Below the pieces are notes generated by a model. It did not search any database. It saw only the letters and a list, made by a program, of their open reading frames with translations, and had not been told where the DNA came from. The position numbers and the translations under genes were made by a program. A stretch of 64,000 bases of DNA from an uncultured delta proteobacterium (GTDB taxonomy: Bacteria; Desulfobacterota; Binatia; Binatales; Binataceae), in assembly GCA_963842085.1 (NCBI GenBank), contig CAWJET010000001.1:832001-896000 (forward strand), written 5' to 3'. Position 1 is the first letter of the stretch, and each line of letters opens with the position of its first letter. Below are positions 39,404-50,211 of the stretch, piece after piece.

Positions 39404-39432
39404 AAGTTATCTCAGATTTGCGGCTGCGTCAA
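39404..39432 (-). promoter_or_regulatory. candidate sigma70 promoter for the Crp regulator
   Basis: Minus strand TTGACG-N17-TAACTT. Confidence 0.55.
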
Positions 39433-39469
39433 GCGGCGGCGAATACCGGTAATAAATTATCGCAAGCGC

Positions 39470-40819
39470 TCAGGCGCCGGCGATCGTCATCTCGGCTATC
39501 TTGATCGTGGGCGCGGCGGTGGATGAGCGCCAGCTCAGGTCGTTGCCGATCATTTCGACGCCGGCGAGCATGTCCTTCAGGTTGCCCGCGATGGTGATTT
39601 CATTCACCGGGTAGGCCAGTTCGCCGTTCTCGATCCATATCCCGCCCGCGCCCCGCGAATAGTCCCCGGTGACCATGTTCACGCCGAAACCGATGGTCTC
39701 GGTCAGGTAGAGGCCCTGCTTGACGGAGCCGATTATCTGCGCGGGCGAATAGCTGCCCGGCTCGAGGTAGAGGTTGGCGGTCGAGACGCTGGGCGCCTCG
39801 CCGACCGAGCGCGCGGCGTTGCCGGTGGGAGCGAGGCCGAGCTTGCGCGCCGAATAGCAGTCCAGCAGGTAGGTCGCGAGCACGCCTTTGTCGACCACGT
39901 TCTTGCGGGAGGTCGGCAGACCCTCGCCGTCGAACGGCTTGGAGCCGAGACCGCCGGGAATCAGCGCGTCGTCGACGATGGTGACGCCGGCGGCGGCAAT
40001 CGTTTTGCTCAACTGTCCCAACAGGAATGACGCTCCCTTGTACAGTGAGGGTCCCGAGGCGGCGCCGGCGATCGAGCGAATCAAGCCGGCCGCCATGTCG
40101 GGATCGAAGACGACCGGCGCGTGCGTGGTCTTGATCTTGCGGGCTCCGAGCCGGCGGAGCGCGCGCCTGGCAGCGGTTATTCCGACCGACTCCGCATCTT
40201 CGAGTTTTCCGAAGCGGCGGTTCGAGGTGTACCAGAATCCCTGTTGCATCGCGTCCCCATCTTGCGCGATCGGCGCCACAACAAGGCTGTACGAAGTGCC
40301 GGAATACTCGCCGGAAAACCCATGGCTGTTGGCGAACAGCACCTGGTAGCGCCCGGAGCTGAATTCGGCGCCCTCGGAATTCTTCATCCGCGCATCGAAC
40401 TTCAGCGCTGCGTTCTCAGCCGTGCGCGCGATCTCCAGCGCGCGATCCGCAGGCACTATTCCGCTGTCGGGATCCGCCAGCGATAGCTCGGGCAATGACT
40501 TCGGATGCATCGACGGGTCGGGCAATCCCGCCCATGGATCAGGGGCCGACAGGCGCGCAAGCTCGACAGTGTTCGCGACGAAATCGCCGAGCGAGTCGCG
40601 CTCGATTTCGGCCGTCGACGACGTGGCGGAAGATTGTCCGCAAAACACGCGCAGACCAAGACGACGCTCGCGCGAGCTCTTGAGTTTCTCGACATCGCCC
40701 AGGCGCACGCCGGCGGCGAGAGACTCCGCCGTAACGCACAATACCTCCGCCGCACTGGCGCCCTTGCGCCTGGCCTCATCGAGCACCCAATTGGCGAGCT
40801 CAATATCAACGGTCGCCAT
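39470..40819 (-). CDS. pmbA: metalloprotease TldE/PmbA
   Basis: PFDGEG, GVNMVTGDYSRGA.G.WIENGE..YPV.EITIAGNL. Confidence 0.9.
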   Translation of the reverse strand: MATVDIELANWVLDEARRKGASAAEVLCVTAESLAAGVRLGDVEKLKSSRERRLGLRVFCGQSSATSSTAEIERDSLGDFVANTVELARLSAPDPWAGLPDPSMHPKSLPELSLADPDSGIVPADRALEIARTAENAALKFDARMKNSEGAEFSSGRYQVLFANSHGFSGEYSGTSYSLVVAPIAQDGDAMQQGFWYTSNRRFGKLEDAESVGITAARRALRRLGARKIKTTHAPVVFDPDMAAGLIRSIAGAASGPSLYKGASFLLGQLSKTIAAAGVTIVDDALIPGGLGSKPFDGEGLPTSRKNVVDKGVLATYLLDCYSARKLGLAPTGNAARSVGEAPSVSTANLYLEPGSYSPAQIIGSVKQGLYLTETIGFGVNMVTGDYSRGAGGIWIENGELAYPVNEITIAGNLKDMLAGVEMIGNDLSWRSSTAAPTIKIAEMTIAGA

Positions 40820-40847
40820 CAGATTATTCTCACTCTCATACCAATTG

Positions 40848-42296
40848 TCAGGCGCGCGTGCCGCCGACCGTTATGCCGTCGATTCGAATCGTGGGCAGGC
40901 CCACGCCCACCGGCACCGATTGGCCGTCCTTGCCGCAAGTGCCGACACCGGCGTCGAGCGCCAGGTTGTTGCCGACCATCGAGACGCGAGTCAGCACGTC
41001 GGGGCCGTTGCCGATAAGCGTCGCGCCCTTCACGGGCCGCGTCACCTGGCCGTCCTCGATCAGGTAAGCCTCGCTCGCGGAGAAGACAAATTTGCCGTTG
41101 GTGATATCGACCTGTCCGCCGCCAAAGTTGACAGCGTAGAGGCCGTGCTTGACCGACTTGATTATCTCCTCGGGCGTCGATTCGCCGTTGAGCATGAAGG
41201 TGTTGGTCATTCGGGGCATCGGCGAATGCGCGAAGCTCTCGCGCCTGCCGTTGCCGGTGGGCGTCATCTTCATGAGCCGAGCGTTCATCCGATCCTGCAG
41301 ATAGCCGCGCAGGATTCCTTTTTCGATCAGCACCGTGCGCGAAGTGGGCGTGCCTTCGTCGTCAACGTTCAGGCTGCCGCGGCGATTCGGGATGGTGCCG
41401 TCGTCGATCACGGTGCATAGCTCGCTCGCGACTTTCTGGCCGATTCGATTCGCAAATGCCGAGACTCCTTTGCGGTTGAAGTCGCCTTCGAGCCCATGGC
41501 CAATCGCCTCGTGAAGCAGAATCCCGGGCCATCCCGGGCCGAGCACGACGACCATCTCGCCCGCGGGCGCGTCAACGGCGTCGAGATTGACGATCGCCTG
41601 CCGCGCCGCTTCGAGCGCGTACTCGCGCCAGCGATCGTTTTCGATGAAGTAGTTCCACTCGACGCGCCCGCCGCCGCCGTAGGAGCCCATCTGGCGGCCC
41701 TTGCCGTCGTCGGCAATAACAGTGACGTTGAGCCGGCACAGCGGCTGCACATCCGCGGCGACCTGCCCGTCGCTCCTCACGATCATCACGATCTTGCGCT
41801 CGCACGCGAACGACGCCATCACGTTCTTTACGCGCGGATCGGACGCGCGCGCGATGCGATCGATCTCGCTCAGCAGCCTGGCGCGCTCCTGCACGGGAAC
41901 CTCAAGCGGCGTGCTCGGGAGATCGTAGAGAGCATGACGCGCGACCGGTGCGCCGACCTGCACCGTGGCGGGCGTCGTGCCGCGCTGATCGGCAATCGCG
42001 CGCGCAGCCTCGGCTGCAAGCCGCATCCTGTCGATCGTGACTTCGTCGGAGTACGCGTAGCCGGTGCGATCCTCGGCGCACACGCGCACGCCGACGCCGT
42101 GGCTGACGCTCTTGCTGGTGTGATTCACCATCGATTCTTCGAGCCCGAGGCCCTCGGCGCTGCGGTACTCGAAGTAGAGATCGGCGTAGTCGGCCTTGCG
42201 TTCGAGCGCGCTGCCAAGAATTCGCTCGAGCGCGCCGTGGTTCATGCCGAATCGATTCAGAAAAAATTTATCGGGAGCAACGAGCTCGTTGGACAT
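40848..42296 (-). CDS. tldD: metalloprotease TldD
   Basis: GWPGILLHEAIGHGLEGDFNRK, PRMTNT, GTCGKDGQSVPVGVG. Confidence 0.95.
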   Translation of the reverse strand: MSNELVAPDKFFLNRFGMNHGALERILGSALERKADYADLYFEYRSAEGLGLEESMVNHTSKSVSHGVGVRVCAEDRTGYAYSDEVTIDRMRLAAEAARAIADQRGTTPATVQVGAPVARHALYDLPSTPLEVPVQERARLLSEIDRIARASDPRVKNVMASFACERKIVMIVRSDGQVAADVQPLCRLNVTVIADDGKGRQMGSYGGGGRVEWNYFIENDRWREYALEAARQAIVNLDAVDAPAGEMVVVLGPGWPGILLHEAIGHGLEGDFNRKGVSAFANRIGQKVASELCTVIDDGTIPNRRGSLNVDDEGTPTSRTVLIEKGILRGYLQDRMNARLMKMTPTGNGRRESFAHSPMPRMTNTFMLNGESTPEEIIKSVKHGLYAVNFGGGQVDITNGKFVFSASEAYLIEDGQVTRPVKGATLIGNGPDVLTRVSMVGNNLALDAGVGTCGKDGQSVPVGVGLPTIRIDGITVGGTRA

Positions 42297-42373
42297 TATA
42301 TTTGCCGCCTGTTAATCAACATTATCAAACCGCGCACTCGCCAAGAAGGTGCTCCCTGCGTTACGATTCGCAA

Positions 42374-42613
42374 GTGGCCTCGCGGGAAACGCTGGCGCTG
42401 ATCGATCGTCTGATGCTCGAAATGATCGCGCAGCAGGAGAGCAAGGTCCTCGCGATGGCGCGGGCGATTCATCCGGGGCTCACCGCCGAGGACATCCGCA
42501 ATCCGAACGACTTCGCCGACCTGATGGCGAGCGGCGAGTGGAATTTCGAGGATGGAATCCTGTCCGGGCTCAAGAGCGCGCACATGGCGCTGCGTGCGAA
42601 GCTGCTCGAATAA
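42374..42613 (+). CDS. small hypothetical protein (79 aa)
   Basis: GTG 42374 with GC3-rich codons; helical sequence with LTAEDIRNPNDF..L....WNFEDGILSG. Confidence 0.7.
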   Translation: MASRETLALIDRLMLEMIAQQESKVLAMARAIHPGLTAEDIRNPNDFADLMASGEWNFEDGILSGLKSAHMALRAKLLE

Positions 42614-42625
42614 TGGCGAAGTCCC

Positions 42626-43045
42626 TCAGGACTTCACTTTCCTGGAAGGTTTCGACTTGCCAGAGCTGTTGAGGGCGACCGCTTCGCGAACGAGCGCCTT
42701 GAAGGCGGACTCGTCAACTTCTTCTCCTTCGTGGATGTCGATCGCGCGGCGCAAGTTTCCGTCGAGACTCGAGTTGAAGAGACGGGCCGGATCCTTCAGA
42801 GTCGCGCCCTTGGCGAAGGTAAGCTTCACGACGTTCTTGTAGGATTCGCCGGTGCAGATGATGCCGTCGTGCGACCAAACCGGAGTGCCCATCCACTTCC
42901 ACTCCTCGACGACGTCCGGGTCTGCTTGCTTGATGAGCTTGCGTATTCTGCTGAGGGTTTCCCCGCGCCAATCCCGGAGTTCGGCGATTCTTTTCGAGAT
43001 GAGCTCCGATGCCGACTGGCCTTGGCTCGCGCCCGACTTTTTCAT
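42626..43045 (-). CDS. DUF1801 (YdhG-like) domain protein
   Basis: [40 protein letters not shown]. Confidence 0.85.
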   Translation of the reverse strand: MKKSGASQGQSASELISKRIAELRDWRGETLSRIRKLIKQADPDVVEEWKWMGTPVWSHDGIICTGESYKNVVKLTFAKGATLKDPARLFNSSLDGNLRRAIDIHEGEEVDESAFKALVREAVALNSSGKSKPSRKVKS

Positions 43046-43113
43046 GTTCGCATCTTGGAAGTTTCAGAAATGTTTAATTTGCTAGACAGCGGAGGATCGT
43101 CCTTCGGCCGCCG

Positions 43114-43154
43114 AATAAGAAAGGCACGAAGAGACGCTCTTCGTGCCCTTGTTT
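43114..43154 (-). terminator. rho-independent terminator at the end of the ribosomal superoperon (possibly bidirectional)
   Basis: 11-bp stem GGCACGAAGAG/CTCTTCGTGCC (43123-43147), followed by TTTCTTATT on the minus strand and CTTGTTTT on the plus strand. Confidence 0.8.
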
Positions 43155-43175
43155 TCGGCGGTCGCCAGCGTTGGA

Positions 43176-43631
43176 TCAGCCGGCGGCGGCCGCGGCTCGA
43201 CGAGGACGCTCGGTGGTCGCGCTTTCTTTCTTCACCGCCGAGCGCTTGCGCGGCTTCTTCGCCTTGGTCTGCTCTTCCTGTCCAGTGAACTCGATGACCG
43301 ACAGCATCGCGGCGTCGCCGCGGCGATGACCGAACTTGATCACTCGCGTATAGCCGCCGTTGCGCTCTTTGAAGCGCGGCGCGATCTCGTCGAACAGCTT
43401 TTTTACAGCTTCATGCGATTGCAGCGCGGCAAACGCACGCCGCCGCGCCGCGAGATCGTTCTGCTTGCCGAGCGTGACCATTCGGTCCGCGATGCGCCGC
43501 AGTTCCTTGGCCTTGGGATCGGTTGTCTTGATTCGCTCGTGACGAATCAGCGCGAGCACCATATTTTTGAACAGCGCCTTGCGATGCGCCGAGGTGCGAT
43601 TGAGCTTGCGGCCCGAGTTGAGATGACGCAT
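43176..43631 (-). CDS. rplQ: 50S ribosomal protein L17
   Basis: [26 protein letters not shown]. Confidence 0.97.
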   Translation of the reverse strand: MRHLNSGRKLNRTSAHRKALFKNMVLALIRHERIKTTDPKAKELRRIADRMVTLGKQNDLAARRRAFAALQSHEAVKKLFDEIAPRFKERNGGYTRVIKFGHRRGDAAMLSVIEFTGQEEQTKAKKPRKRSAVKKESATTERPRRAAAAAG

Positions 43632-43657
43632 CAGTTACTCCAAACTTGCAAAACGAT

Positions 43658-44686
43658 CTAAGCCGATTCGCGGCGTTCCTGCTCTTCCCACATACGGTCG
43701 AGCTCGCCGCGCGGCGGCAAGTTCTCCAGCCGCATGCCGAGCGATAGCCCCATGTCGGCGAGGACTTCTTTGATCTCGTTGAGCGACTTGCGCCCGAAGT
43801 TTTTGATCTTGAGCATGTCCTGCTCGGTGCGCTGCACCAGCTCGCCGATATACTTGATGTCGGCGTTCTGCAGGCCGTTGAACGCACGCACCGAAATCGG
43901 CAGACCTTCGACGGGGCGATAGAGCAGCTCGCTCATCGTGGGACGGGCCTCGCCGCCCTCGGCCGCGCCGGCGGGTGCTTCGGCCTCTTCCTCGACGCCC
44001 GCGAAAATCGTCATCTGATCGCGCATCACGCGCGCGGCGTAGGTAAGCGCTTCGCGCGGGTTGATCGAGCCGTCGGTCCAAATCTCGAGCGCGAGCCGAT
44101 CGTAGTCGGTGCGCTGGCCGACGCGGGCGTTGGTAACGGTGAAGTTGACTTTGCGAATCGGCGAGAAAATCGCGTCGAGGCGAATCGTCCCGATTGGCTC
44201 CTCCTCTTCGGTGCGCTCGCCGGGAACGTAGCCGCGGCCGCGCTTGATGACGAGTTCCATGTCGAGTTCGGCGCCCTTGTCGAGCGAGGCGATATGCTTG
44301 TCGGGAGTCAGAATTTCCAGGTTCGGTCCGCCGGTGATATCGCGCGCGGTGACCTGCGCCTCGCCCTTGACCTTGAGGGTTGCGGTAATCTGCTCGCCCT
44401 CGTGCAGGCGCAGGCGGATTTCCTTGAGGTTGAGGACGATGTCGGTCACGTCTTCCTTGACGCCGGCCAGGGTCGAGAACTCGTGCAGCACGTTCTTGAT
44501 CCTGACTGCCGTGATCGCGTAGCCGGGCAGGGTGGACAGCAGGATGCGCCGCAGCGCGTTGCCAACGGTGATTCCGTAGCCGCGTTCGAGCGGTTCCGCG
44601 GAAAATTTACCGTAGGAAGGAGTGACTTCCTTCTCGTCGAACTCGACAGCCTTGGGTTTGATCAGATCTCGCCAGTCATTCTGCAT
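43658..44686 (-). CDS. rpoA: RNA polymerase subunit alpha
   Basis: [33 protein letters not shown]; start ATG 44686. Confidence 0.97.
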   Translation of the reverse strand: MQNDWRDLIKPKAVEFDEKEVTPSYGKFSAEPLERGYGITVGNALRRILLSTLPGYAITAVRIKNVLHEFSTLAGVKEDVTDIVLNLKEIRLRLHEGEQITATLKVKGEAQVTARDITGGPNLEILTPDKHIASLDKGAELDMELVIKRGRGYVPGERTEEEEPIGTIRLDAIFSPIRKVNFTVTNARVGQRTDYDRLALEIWTDGSINPREALTYAARVMRDQMTIFAGVEEEAEAPAGAAEGGEARPTMSELLYRPVEGLPISVRAFNGLQNADIKYIGELVQRTEQDMLKIKNFGRKSLNEIKEVLADMGLSLGMRLENLPPRGELDRMWEEQERRESA

Positions 44687-44769
44687 AGTCTGTGCTCTTT
44701 TTTCCGATGGATTTCCCGCGCCCACACAGGTCCACCACGGACCGGGACGCCGAATCGGTTGCCTCCGCC

Positions 44770-45396
44770 CTATCTCGAGTAATGCTCGACGATCAGCTTC
44801 TCGCTGATCGGCATCGTCAGTTCAGCGCGCGCCGGCAGCGACCGGAGCGAGCCGCGGAATTGTTCGCGCTCGAGTGCCATCCACGGCGGTACGCCGCGGC
44901 GCTGCGCCATCTCGATTGCCTCGACGATCACCTTCTTGGTGCGGCTCGCCTCGGCCACACTGATAACACTGCCAACCTCGACCAGGGTCGAGGGAATCGT
45001 GACTTTCTTGCCGTTGACCTGGATGTGCCCGTGGCGAACCACCTGGCGCGCCTGCGCGAGCGAACTGGCAAAGCCGAGGCGATACACCACGTTGTCGAGG
45101 CGGCGCTCGAGCAGCACGAGCAGGTTCTCGCCGGTGATTCCGTCCATTCGCTCGGCCATCGCGAAGTATTCGGAGAACTGCCTTTCCATCAGCCCGTAGA
45201 TGCGCTTGACCTTCTGCTTCTCGCGCAACCGAATCGCGAATTCAGAAAAACGCGTGCGCGCCTGGCCGTGCGCGCCGGGCGGATAATTGCGCCGCTCGAT
45301 CGCGCACTTGTCGCTGTAGCATCGCTCTCCCTTGAGGAAAAGTTTCAGTCCTTCGCGCCGGCATAGCCGGCATACCGGACCCAGATTTCTAGCCAT
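44770..45396 (-). CDS. rpsD: 30S ribosomal protein S4
   Basis: [28 protein letters not shown]. Confidence 0.97.
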   Translation of the reverse strand: MARNLGPVCRLCRREGLKLFLKGERCYSDKCAIERRNYPPGAHGQARTRFSEFAIRLREKQKVKRIYGLMERQFSEYFAMAERMDGITGENLLVLLERRLDNVVYRLGFASSLAQARQVVRHGHIQVNGKKVTIPSTLVEVGSVISVAEASRTKKVIVEAIEMAQRRGVPPWMALEREQFRGSLRSLPARAELTMPISEKLIVEHYSR

Positions 45397-45490
45397 CTCT
45401 TTTTAGTGAATCCTTTTTTCAGTGAATCCGCTTGTTTGCGGACAAAAAGATCAAAATTTCCTTAGCTGTCAGTATTGTTGTTGCTCCGGT

Positions 45491-45964
45491 TCAGACTCGA
45501 CGCCGCTTCGGCGGACGGCATCCGTTGTGCGGGATCGGGGTGACGTCCTTGATCGAGATGACGCCGAGTCCAGTCGCTTGCAGCGCGCGCACGGCCGATT
45601 CGCGTCCTCCGCCCGGACCTTTGACGTGAACGACCACCGCACGCATCCCGACTTCCGAGCACTTGCGCGCACACGCCTCCGCCGCCATCTGTGCAGCGAA
45701 GGGCGTGCCCTTGCGCGAGCCCTTGAAGCCGACGGAGCCGGCGCTCGACCATGCGATCACGGTGCCCTGCTGATCGGTGATCGTCACGATGGTGTTGTTG
45801 AAGGTTGCGTGCACATGCGCGACGCCCTCGGGCACGTTGCGGCGCACCTTCTTGCGGCGCGGCGCAGGCGCGGGCGCTCCTGCGGCGCCTCCGGCAGCGG
45901 CGGGCGTCACGGCGGTGGCCTTCTTTTCGGGTGCGGCTTTGGTCTCTTTGATTTCTTCAGCCAT
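45491..45964 (-). CDS. rpsK: 30S ribosomal protein S11 (N-terminal extension)
   Basis: [30 protein letters not shown]. Confidence 0.97.
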   Translation of the reverse strand: MAEEIKETKAAPEKKATAVTPAAAGGAAGAPAPAPRRKKVRRNVPEGVAHVHATFNNTIVTITDQQGTVIAWSSAGSVGFKGSRKGTPFAAQMAAEACARKCSEVGMRAVVVHVKGPGGGRESAVRALQATGLGVISIKDVTPIPHNGCRPPKRRRV

Positions 45965-46034
45965 TCTTTTCAGTGAATCCGCTTTAGTGCTTGTAGTCGG
46001 GCGAAAATTTCCCTTCTCGCCTGCGTTTTATACG

Positions 46035-46418
46035 CTATCCCTTAGGCGGCGCCTGCTTCTTGCCCGCGACCACTTTGCGCGGACCTTTGCGCGTGCGCGC
46101 GTTGGTATGCGTGCGCTGGCCGCGCACCGGAAGTCCGCGACGATGCCGTATGCCGCGGTAGCATCCCAGGTCCATCAACCGCTTGATCGACTGCTGAAAG
46201 TCTCTCCGCAGATCGCCCTCAACCTCGTAGTCGGTATCGATCACCTGCCGGATGTGGACCTGCTGGTCAGCCGACAGATCGTCAGTCTTAATCGCGGGAT
46301 CGACCTTGGCGGCGGCGAGGATTTTCAGCGCGGCCGGCCGGCCTATTCCGTAGATATAGGTCAGCGCGATATCCATGCGCTTGTTCTTGGGCAGTTCTAC
46401 TCCAGCTATGCGTGCCAT
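46035..46418 (-). CDS. rpsM: 30S ribosomal protein S13
   Basis: [26 protein letters not shown]. Confidence 0.97.
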   Translation of the reverse strand: MARIAGVELPKNKRMDIALTYIYGIGRPAALKILAAAKVDPAIKTDDLSADQQVHIRQVIDTDYEVEGDLRRDFQQSIKRLMDLGCYRGIRHRRGLPVRGQRTHTNARTRKGPRKVVAGKKQAPPKG

Positions 46419-46430
46419 CGCGAAACCTTC

Positions 46431-46544
46431 CTAGCCCTGGCGCTGCTTGTGGCGCGGGTTGGAGCACAGGATGCGCACGACGCCTTGGCGGCGCACCACC
46501 TTGCAGTTCTTGCAAATCTTTTTTACCGACGCTCGGACTTTCAT
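46431..46544 (-). CDS. rpmJ: 50S ribosomal protein L36 (not in ORF track)
   Basis: Hand-translated [37 protein letters not shown]. Confidence 0.95.
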   Translation of the reverse strand: MKVRASVKKICKNCKVVRRQGVVRILCSNPRHKQRQG

Positions 46545-46571
46545 CTTTTCAGTCTCGATTCAAGACGCGCG

Positions 46572-46790
46572 CTAGCGCATCCGGTACGTAATCCGGCCGC
46601 GCGTGAGGTCGTACGGCGACAGCTCAACCGTGACCTTGTCGCCGGCCAGAATCTTGATGTAATGCATCCTCATTTTGCCCGAGATATGAGCCAACACCTT
46701 GTGCCCGTTGTCGAGCGTCACCCTGAACACTGCATTGGGGAGCGCTTCCTGCACCGTCCCCTGTACTTCGATCGCGTCGCCCTTAGACAT
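46572..46790 (-). CDS. infA: translation initiation factor IF-1
   Basis: [33 protein letters not shown]. Confidence 0.97.
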   Translation of the reverse strand: MSKGDAIEVQGTVQEALPNAVFRVTLDNGHKVLAHISGKMRMHYIKILAGDKVTVELSPYDLTRGRITYRMR

Positions 46791-47553
46791 TTTCGAGTTC
46801 GCTTAGAATTTCCGGCCCGTTGGAAGTAATCGCGATGGAGTGCTCGAAGTGGGCAGATAGTTTACCGTCCGCCGTCACCGCAGTCCAGCCATCGGAAAGT
46901 ATCTCCAAATCGGGGCTTCCCTCGTTAACCATCGGCTCGATCGCGAGCGCCATTCCCTCGCGCAGGCGCGGATTAGGCATCCCGGGACGAAAGTAATTCG
47001 GCACCTGCGGATCCTCATGCAGCCGGCGGCCGATCCCGTGTCCGGCGAAGTCCGTCACCACCGAAAACCCCGCGCGCTCGACCGTGGCCTGCACCGCGCG
47101 CGCGATGTCGCTAATACGATTGCCCGCGCGGGCCTGCGCGATTCCCGCGTAGAGCGACTCGCGCGTCACCTTCAGCAGTCTCGTCACGCGTTCCGGCACC
47201 TGACCGACCGCGACCGTGCGCGCGGAATCGCCGTAGAAGCCCTCGTACACTACGCCGAAGTCGAGGCCGACGATGTCGCCCGCCTTCAGTTTGCGGCTCG
47301 ACGGGATGCCGTGGACGATCTCGTTGTTAATCGACACGCACAGGCACTTGGGGTAAACGACGTCACCGGGCTTGTAACCCTTGAACGCCGGCTTCGCGCC
47401 TTTTTTGTAGGTCAGGTCCTCGGCCAGCCTGTCGAGCTCCTCGGTCGTGATTCCGGGGCGCGCTGCGGCGGCCAGCGCCTCGAGGATCTCGGCGACGATT
47501 TGGCTCGCATGGCGCATCACGGCGATCTCCGCCGGGGTTTTTATCGTAATCAT
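46783..47553 (-). CDS. map: type I methionine aminopeptidase
   Basis: MITIKT, VHGIP, DFG...GDSA, GHGIG..LHEDP, AIEPM, SAHFEH. Confidence 0.95.
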   Translation of the reverse strand: MITIKTPAEIAVMRHASQIVAEILEALAAAARPGITTEELDRLAEDLTYKKGAKPAFKGYKPGDVVYPKCLCVSINNEIVHGIPSSRKLKAGDIVGLDFGVVYEGFYGDSARTVAVGQVPERVTRLLKVTRESLYAGIAQARAGNRISDIARAVQATVERAGFSVVTDFAGHGIGRRLHEDPQVPNYFRPGMPNPRLREGMALAIEPMVNEGSPDLEILSDGWTAVTADGKLSAHFEHSIAITSNGPEILSELENV

Positions 47554-47572
47554 GATCCTGCTCTCCAAGGCT

Positions 47573-48232
47573 TCACTTGGGCGGCGCGACTCCGTTAACC
47601 GCCAGCAGGATTCGCTTCTCGACTTCGTCGGTGCGCCCCACTCCGTCAACCTGCGCGAGCAGTCCGAGCCGCGCGTAATGATCGAGCAGCGGCCGCGTCG
47701 TCTCCGCATAGACCTTGAGCCGTTCGCGCACGGTTTCCTCGGCGTCGTCGTCGCGCTGATAGAGTTCGCCGCCGCACTTGTCGCACACGCCCGGTTTCTT
47801 CGGCGGCTCGAAGACTACGTGATACATCGCGTTACAATTCCTGCAGGTGCGCCGTCCCGAAATTCGCTTCACGATTTCTTCGTCCGGCACTATCACCGCG
47901 ACAACCTTGTCGAGCTTCAGCCCCGCGCGCTCGAGTCCCGCCGCCAGCGCCTCGGCCTGCTTGACGTTGCGCGGGAAGCCGTCGAGGATGAATCCGGGGC
48001 GGGCGTCTTCCTTTCGCAGGCGCGCCGCTACCAGCTTGAGCACCAGTTCATCGGGGACCAACTGCCCGCGATCCATGTAGCTGGCTGCTTCGCGGCCAAG
48101 CTCCGAGTCTTCGCGCACGACTGCGCGCAACAGATCGCCGCTGGCAACCTGCGGGATACCCCAGAGCGCGCCCAACGCTCGCGCTTGCGTACCCTTGCCC
48201 GCACCCGGCGGGCCCAGCAGCACCAGGCGCAC
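47573..48232 (-). CDS. adk: adenylate kinase
   Basis: GPPGAGKGTQ, FILDGFPR; Zn-type LID CRNC...CDKC. Confidence 0.97.
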   Translation of the reverse strand: MRLVLLGPPGAGKGTQARALGALWGIPQVASGDLLRAVVREDSELGREAASYMDRGQLVPDELVLKLVAARLRKEDARPGFILDGFPRNVKQAEALAAGLERAGLKLDKVVAVIVPDEEIVKRISGRRTCRNCNAMYHVVFEPPKKPGVCDKCGGELYQRDDDAEETVRERLKVYAETTRPLLDHYARLGLLAQVDGVGRTDEVEKRILLAVNGVAPPK

Positions 48233-48235
48233 CAG

Positions 48236-49543
48236 CTAGGCGCCCCTCTTGGTCTTGACCCGCCCGCGGCGCATGAAGCCTTCGTAGTTGCGGGTCAGCA
48301 GATGGGTTTCGATTTGCGCAACCGTGTCGAGAGCCACGCCCACGACGATCAGAAGCGCGGTGCCACCGAAGAAAAACGGCACGTTGAAGCGCGCGATCAG
48401 AATCGTCGGCAGCACGCACACGGCGCTGACGTAAACCGCGCCGCCGAGCGTGATCCGCGACAGCACGCGGTCGATATAGTCGGCGGTGAAACGCCCGGGC
48501 CGGATTCCCGGGATGAAGCCGCCGTACTTTTTCAGATTGTCGGCGACGTCGACCGGATTAAAGGTGACCGAGGTGTAGAAGTAACAGAAGAAGACGATCA
48601 GCGCGACGTAAACCAGGTCGTAGTAGAATCCGCCCGGCGTCAGGTAGCTCGAGTACGGTTTCAGAAATGGAACGAAGGTCGCCAGCGTCGCCGGGAACAC
48701 CAGCAGCGCCGAGGCAAAAATCGGTGGAATAACGCCGGAGGTGTTGATCTTCAGCGGCAGATGCGAACTCTGGCCGCCGTACACGCGCCGTCCGACTACG
48801 CGCCGCGCGTACTGAATCGGGATGCGCCGCTGGGCGGTCTCTATGTAAACGATGCCGGCGATCACCGCGAGAGCGACTGCCAGGATGAAGATGAGCAAAA
48901 AGATGCTCATTTCGCCCTCGCGCACGAACTGCGCCGTGGTGCTGATCGCGCTGGGCAGACGCGCCACGATTCCCGCCATGATGATCAGCGAGATGCCGTT
49001 GCCGATTCCGCGCTCGGTAATCTGCTCGCCAATCCACATCAGGAACATCGTGCCCGCCGTGACCGTGATAACAGTCATCACGATAAATCCCGGTCCGGGA
49101 TTGTAAACGATGCTGCCGCCGCCGGGGGCCTGAATCTTTTCGAGCGAGAACGCGATCATCGTGCCCTGGAACAGCGCCAGGGCTACGGTGCCGTAGCGCG
49201 TGTACTGGGTTATCTTGCGGCGGCCCGCCTCGCCTTCCTTGTAGAGCTCGTCGAGATAGGGCGACGCGATTTTCAGCAGGTCGAGGACGATGGCGACCGA
49301 GATGTACGGCATGATGCCGAGCGCCAGGACCGAGAAGCGCTCGAGCGCGCCGCCCGAAAACAGGTTGACCCATCCGAACAGCGTGCCGCTGGCCGCGTCG
49401 AAGAACGATGCGAGCGCCTGGCCGTCGATGCCGGGGGTCGGCACGGCCACGCCGATGCGGTACACGGCCAGCATGAGGGCCGTGAACACCAGCCGTCGGC
49501 GCAACTCCGGGATGCGCGAGGCGTTTGAAAACCCATCGAGCAT
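48236..49543 (-). CDS. secY: preprotein translocase subunit SecY
   Basis: ALGIMPYIS, GIGNGISL, PGIRPG, FGGTALLIVVGV. Confidence 0.98.
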   Translation of the reverse strand: MLDGFSNASRIPELRRRLVFTALMLAVYRIGVAVPTPGIDGQALASFFDAASGTLFGWVNLFSGGALERFSVLALGIMPYISVAIVLDLLKIASPYLDELYKEGEAGRRKITQYTRYGTVALALFQGTMIAFSLEKIQAPGGGSIVYNPGPGFIVMTVITVTAGTMFLMWIGEQITERGIGNGISLIIMAGIVARLPSAISTTAQFVREGEMSIFLLIFILAVALAVIAGIVYIETAQRRIPIQYARRVVGRRVYGGQSSHLPLKINTSGVIPPIFASALLVFPATLATFVPFLKPYSSYLTPGGFYYDLVYVALIVFFCYFYTSVTFNPVDVADNLKKYGGFIPGIRPGRFTADYIDRVLSRITLGGAVYVSAVCVLPTILIARFNVPFFFGGTALLIVVGVALDTVAQIETHLLTRNYEGFMRRGRVKTKRGA

Positions 49544-50008
49544 TTAGCTTTCGGGCGCTACCAACTCCGCGACGCCGCCTGCGGCGGCGATTTTGTCCAG
49601 CGCGCTTTTCGAGAACGCATCGGCGCGCACTTTAATCTTACTCTTCAAGTCGCCGTCGCCTAAAACCTTGACCTTGCGCCCGGCCGGGATCAGTCCGCGC
49701 GCGGCGAGCGCGGCCGCATCGATCGTGACGCCCGCATCAAAGTCGCCCAGACGCGACAGGTTCACAATCGCGAATTCGTCGCGCCGCGCCTGGTTCTTCA
49801 GCGTGCGACGAAACCCCTGTTTGGGCAAGCGCCGCTGCAGTGGCATCTGGCCGCCTTCGTAGCTCGGCGGCGTGTTGCCATGAGAACGCGCGCCTAATCC
49901 CTTGTGGCCGCGGCCCGAGGTCTTGCCGTGGCCGGAGCCGATTCCCCTGCCGACGCGGCGTTCGCGATGCGTCGAGCCGCGGGCCGGTTTCAGATCCTTC
50001 AAATCCAT
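49544..50008 (-). CDS. rplO: 50S ribosomal protein L15
   Basis: RVGRGIGSGHGKTSGRGHKG, EGGQMPL.RRLPK. Confidence 0.97.
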   Translation of the reverse strand: MDLKDLKPARGSTHRERRVGRGIGSGHGKTSGRGHKGLGARSHGNTPPSYEGGQMPLQRRLPKQGFRRTLKNQARRDEFAIVNLSRLGDFDAGVTIDAAALAARGLIPAGRKVKVLGDGDLKSKIKVRADAFSKSALDKIAAAGGVAELVAPES

Positions 50009-50016
50009 GACTGCGC

Positions 50017-50199
50017 CTAATCCTTGAGCTCGACCACCAGGTGCTTCAGCCGCTTGACCATCCCTTCGACCGCGGCGCTGCGCTTGAGCTCGCGCACGCT
50101 GCCGACTTTGCCCAAGCCAAGGCCCTTGACCGTCTCGCGCACGCGCTTGGTGGTGCTGATCGGACTGCCGACGAGTTTGACGCGAATTTTATCGGACAT
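50017..50199 (-). CDS. rpmD: 50S ribosomal protein L30
   Basis: 60 aa at the expected position; SPI...LGL...GM....HLV. Confidence 0.9.
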   Translation of the reverse strand: MSDKIRVKLVGSPISTTKRVRETVKGLGLGKVGSVRELKRSAAVEGMVKRLKHLVVELKD

Positions 50200-50211
50200 A
50201 CTGAACCTCGA

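Noticed and set aside
47447-49528. 693-aa plus-strand ORF
   Set aside because: Antisense shadow of map/adk/secY caused by GC-rich codon bias; no recognisable domain
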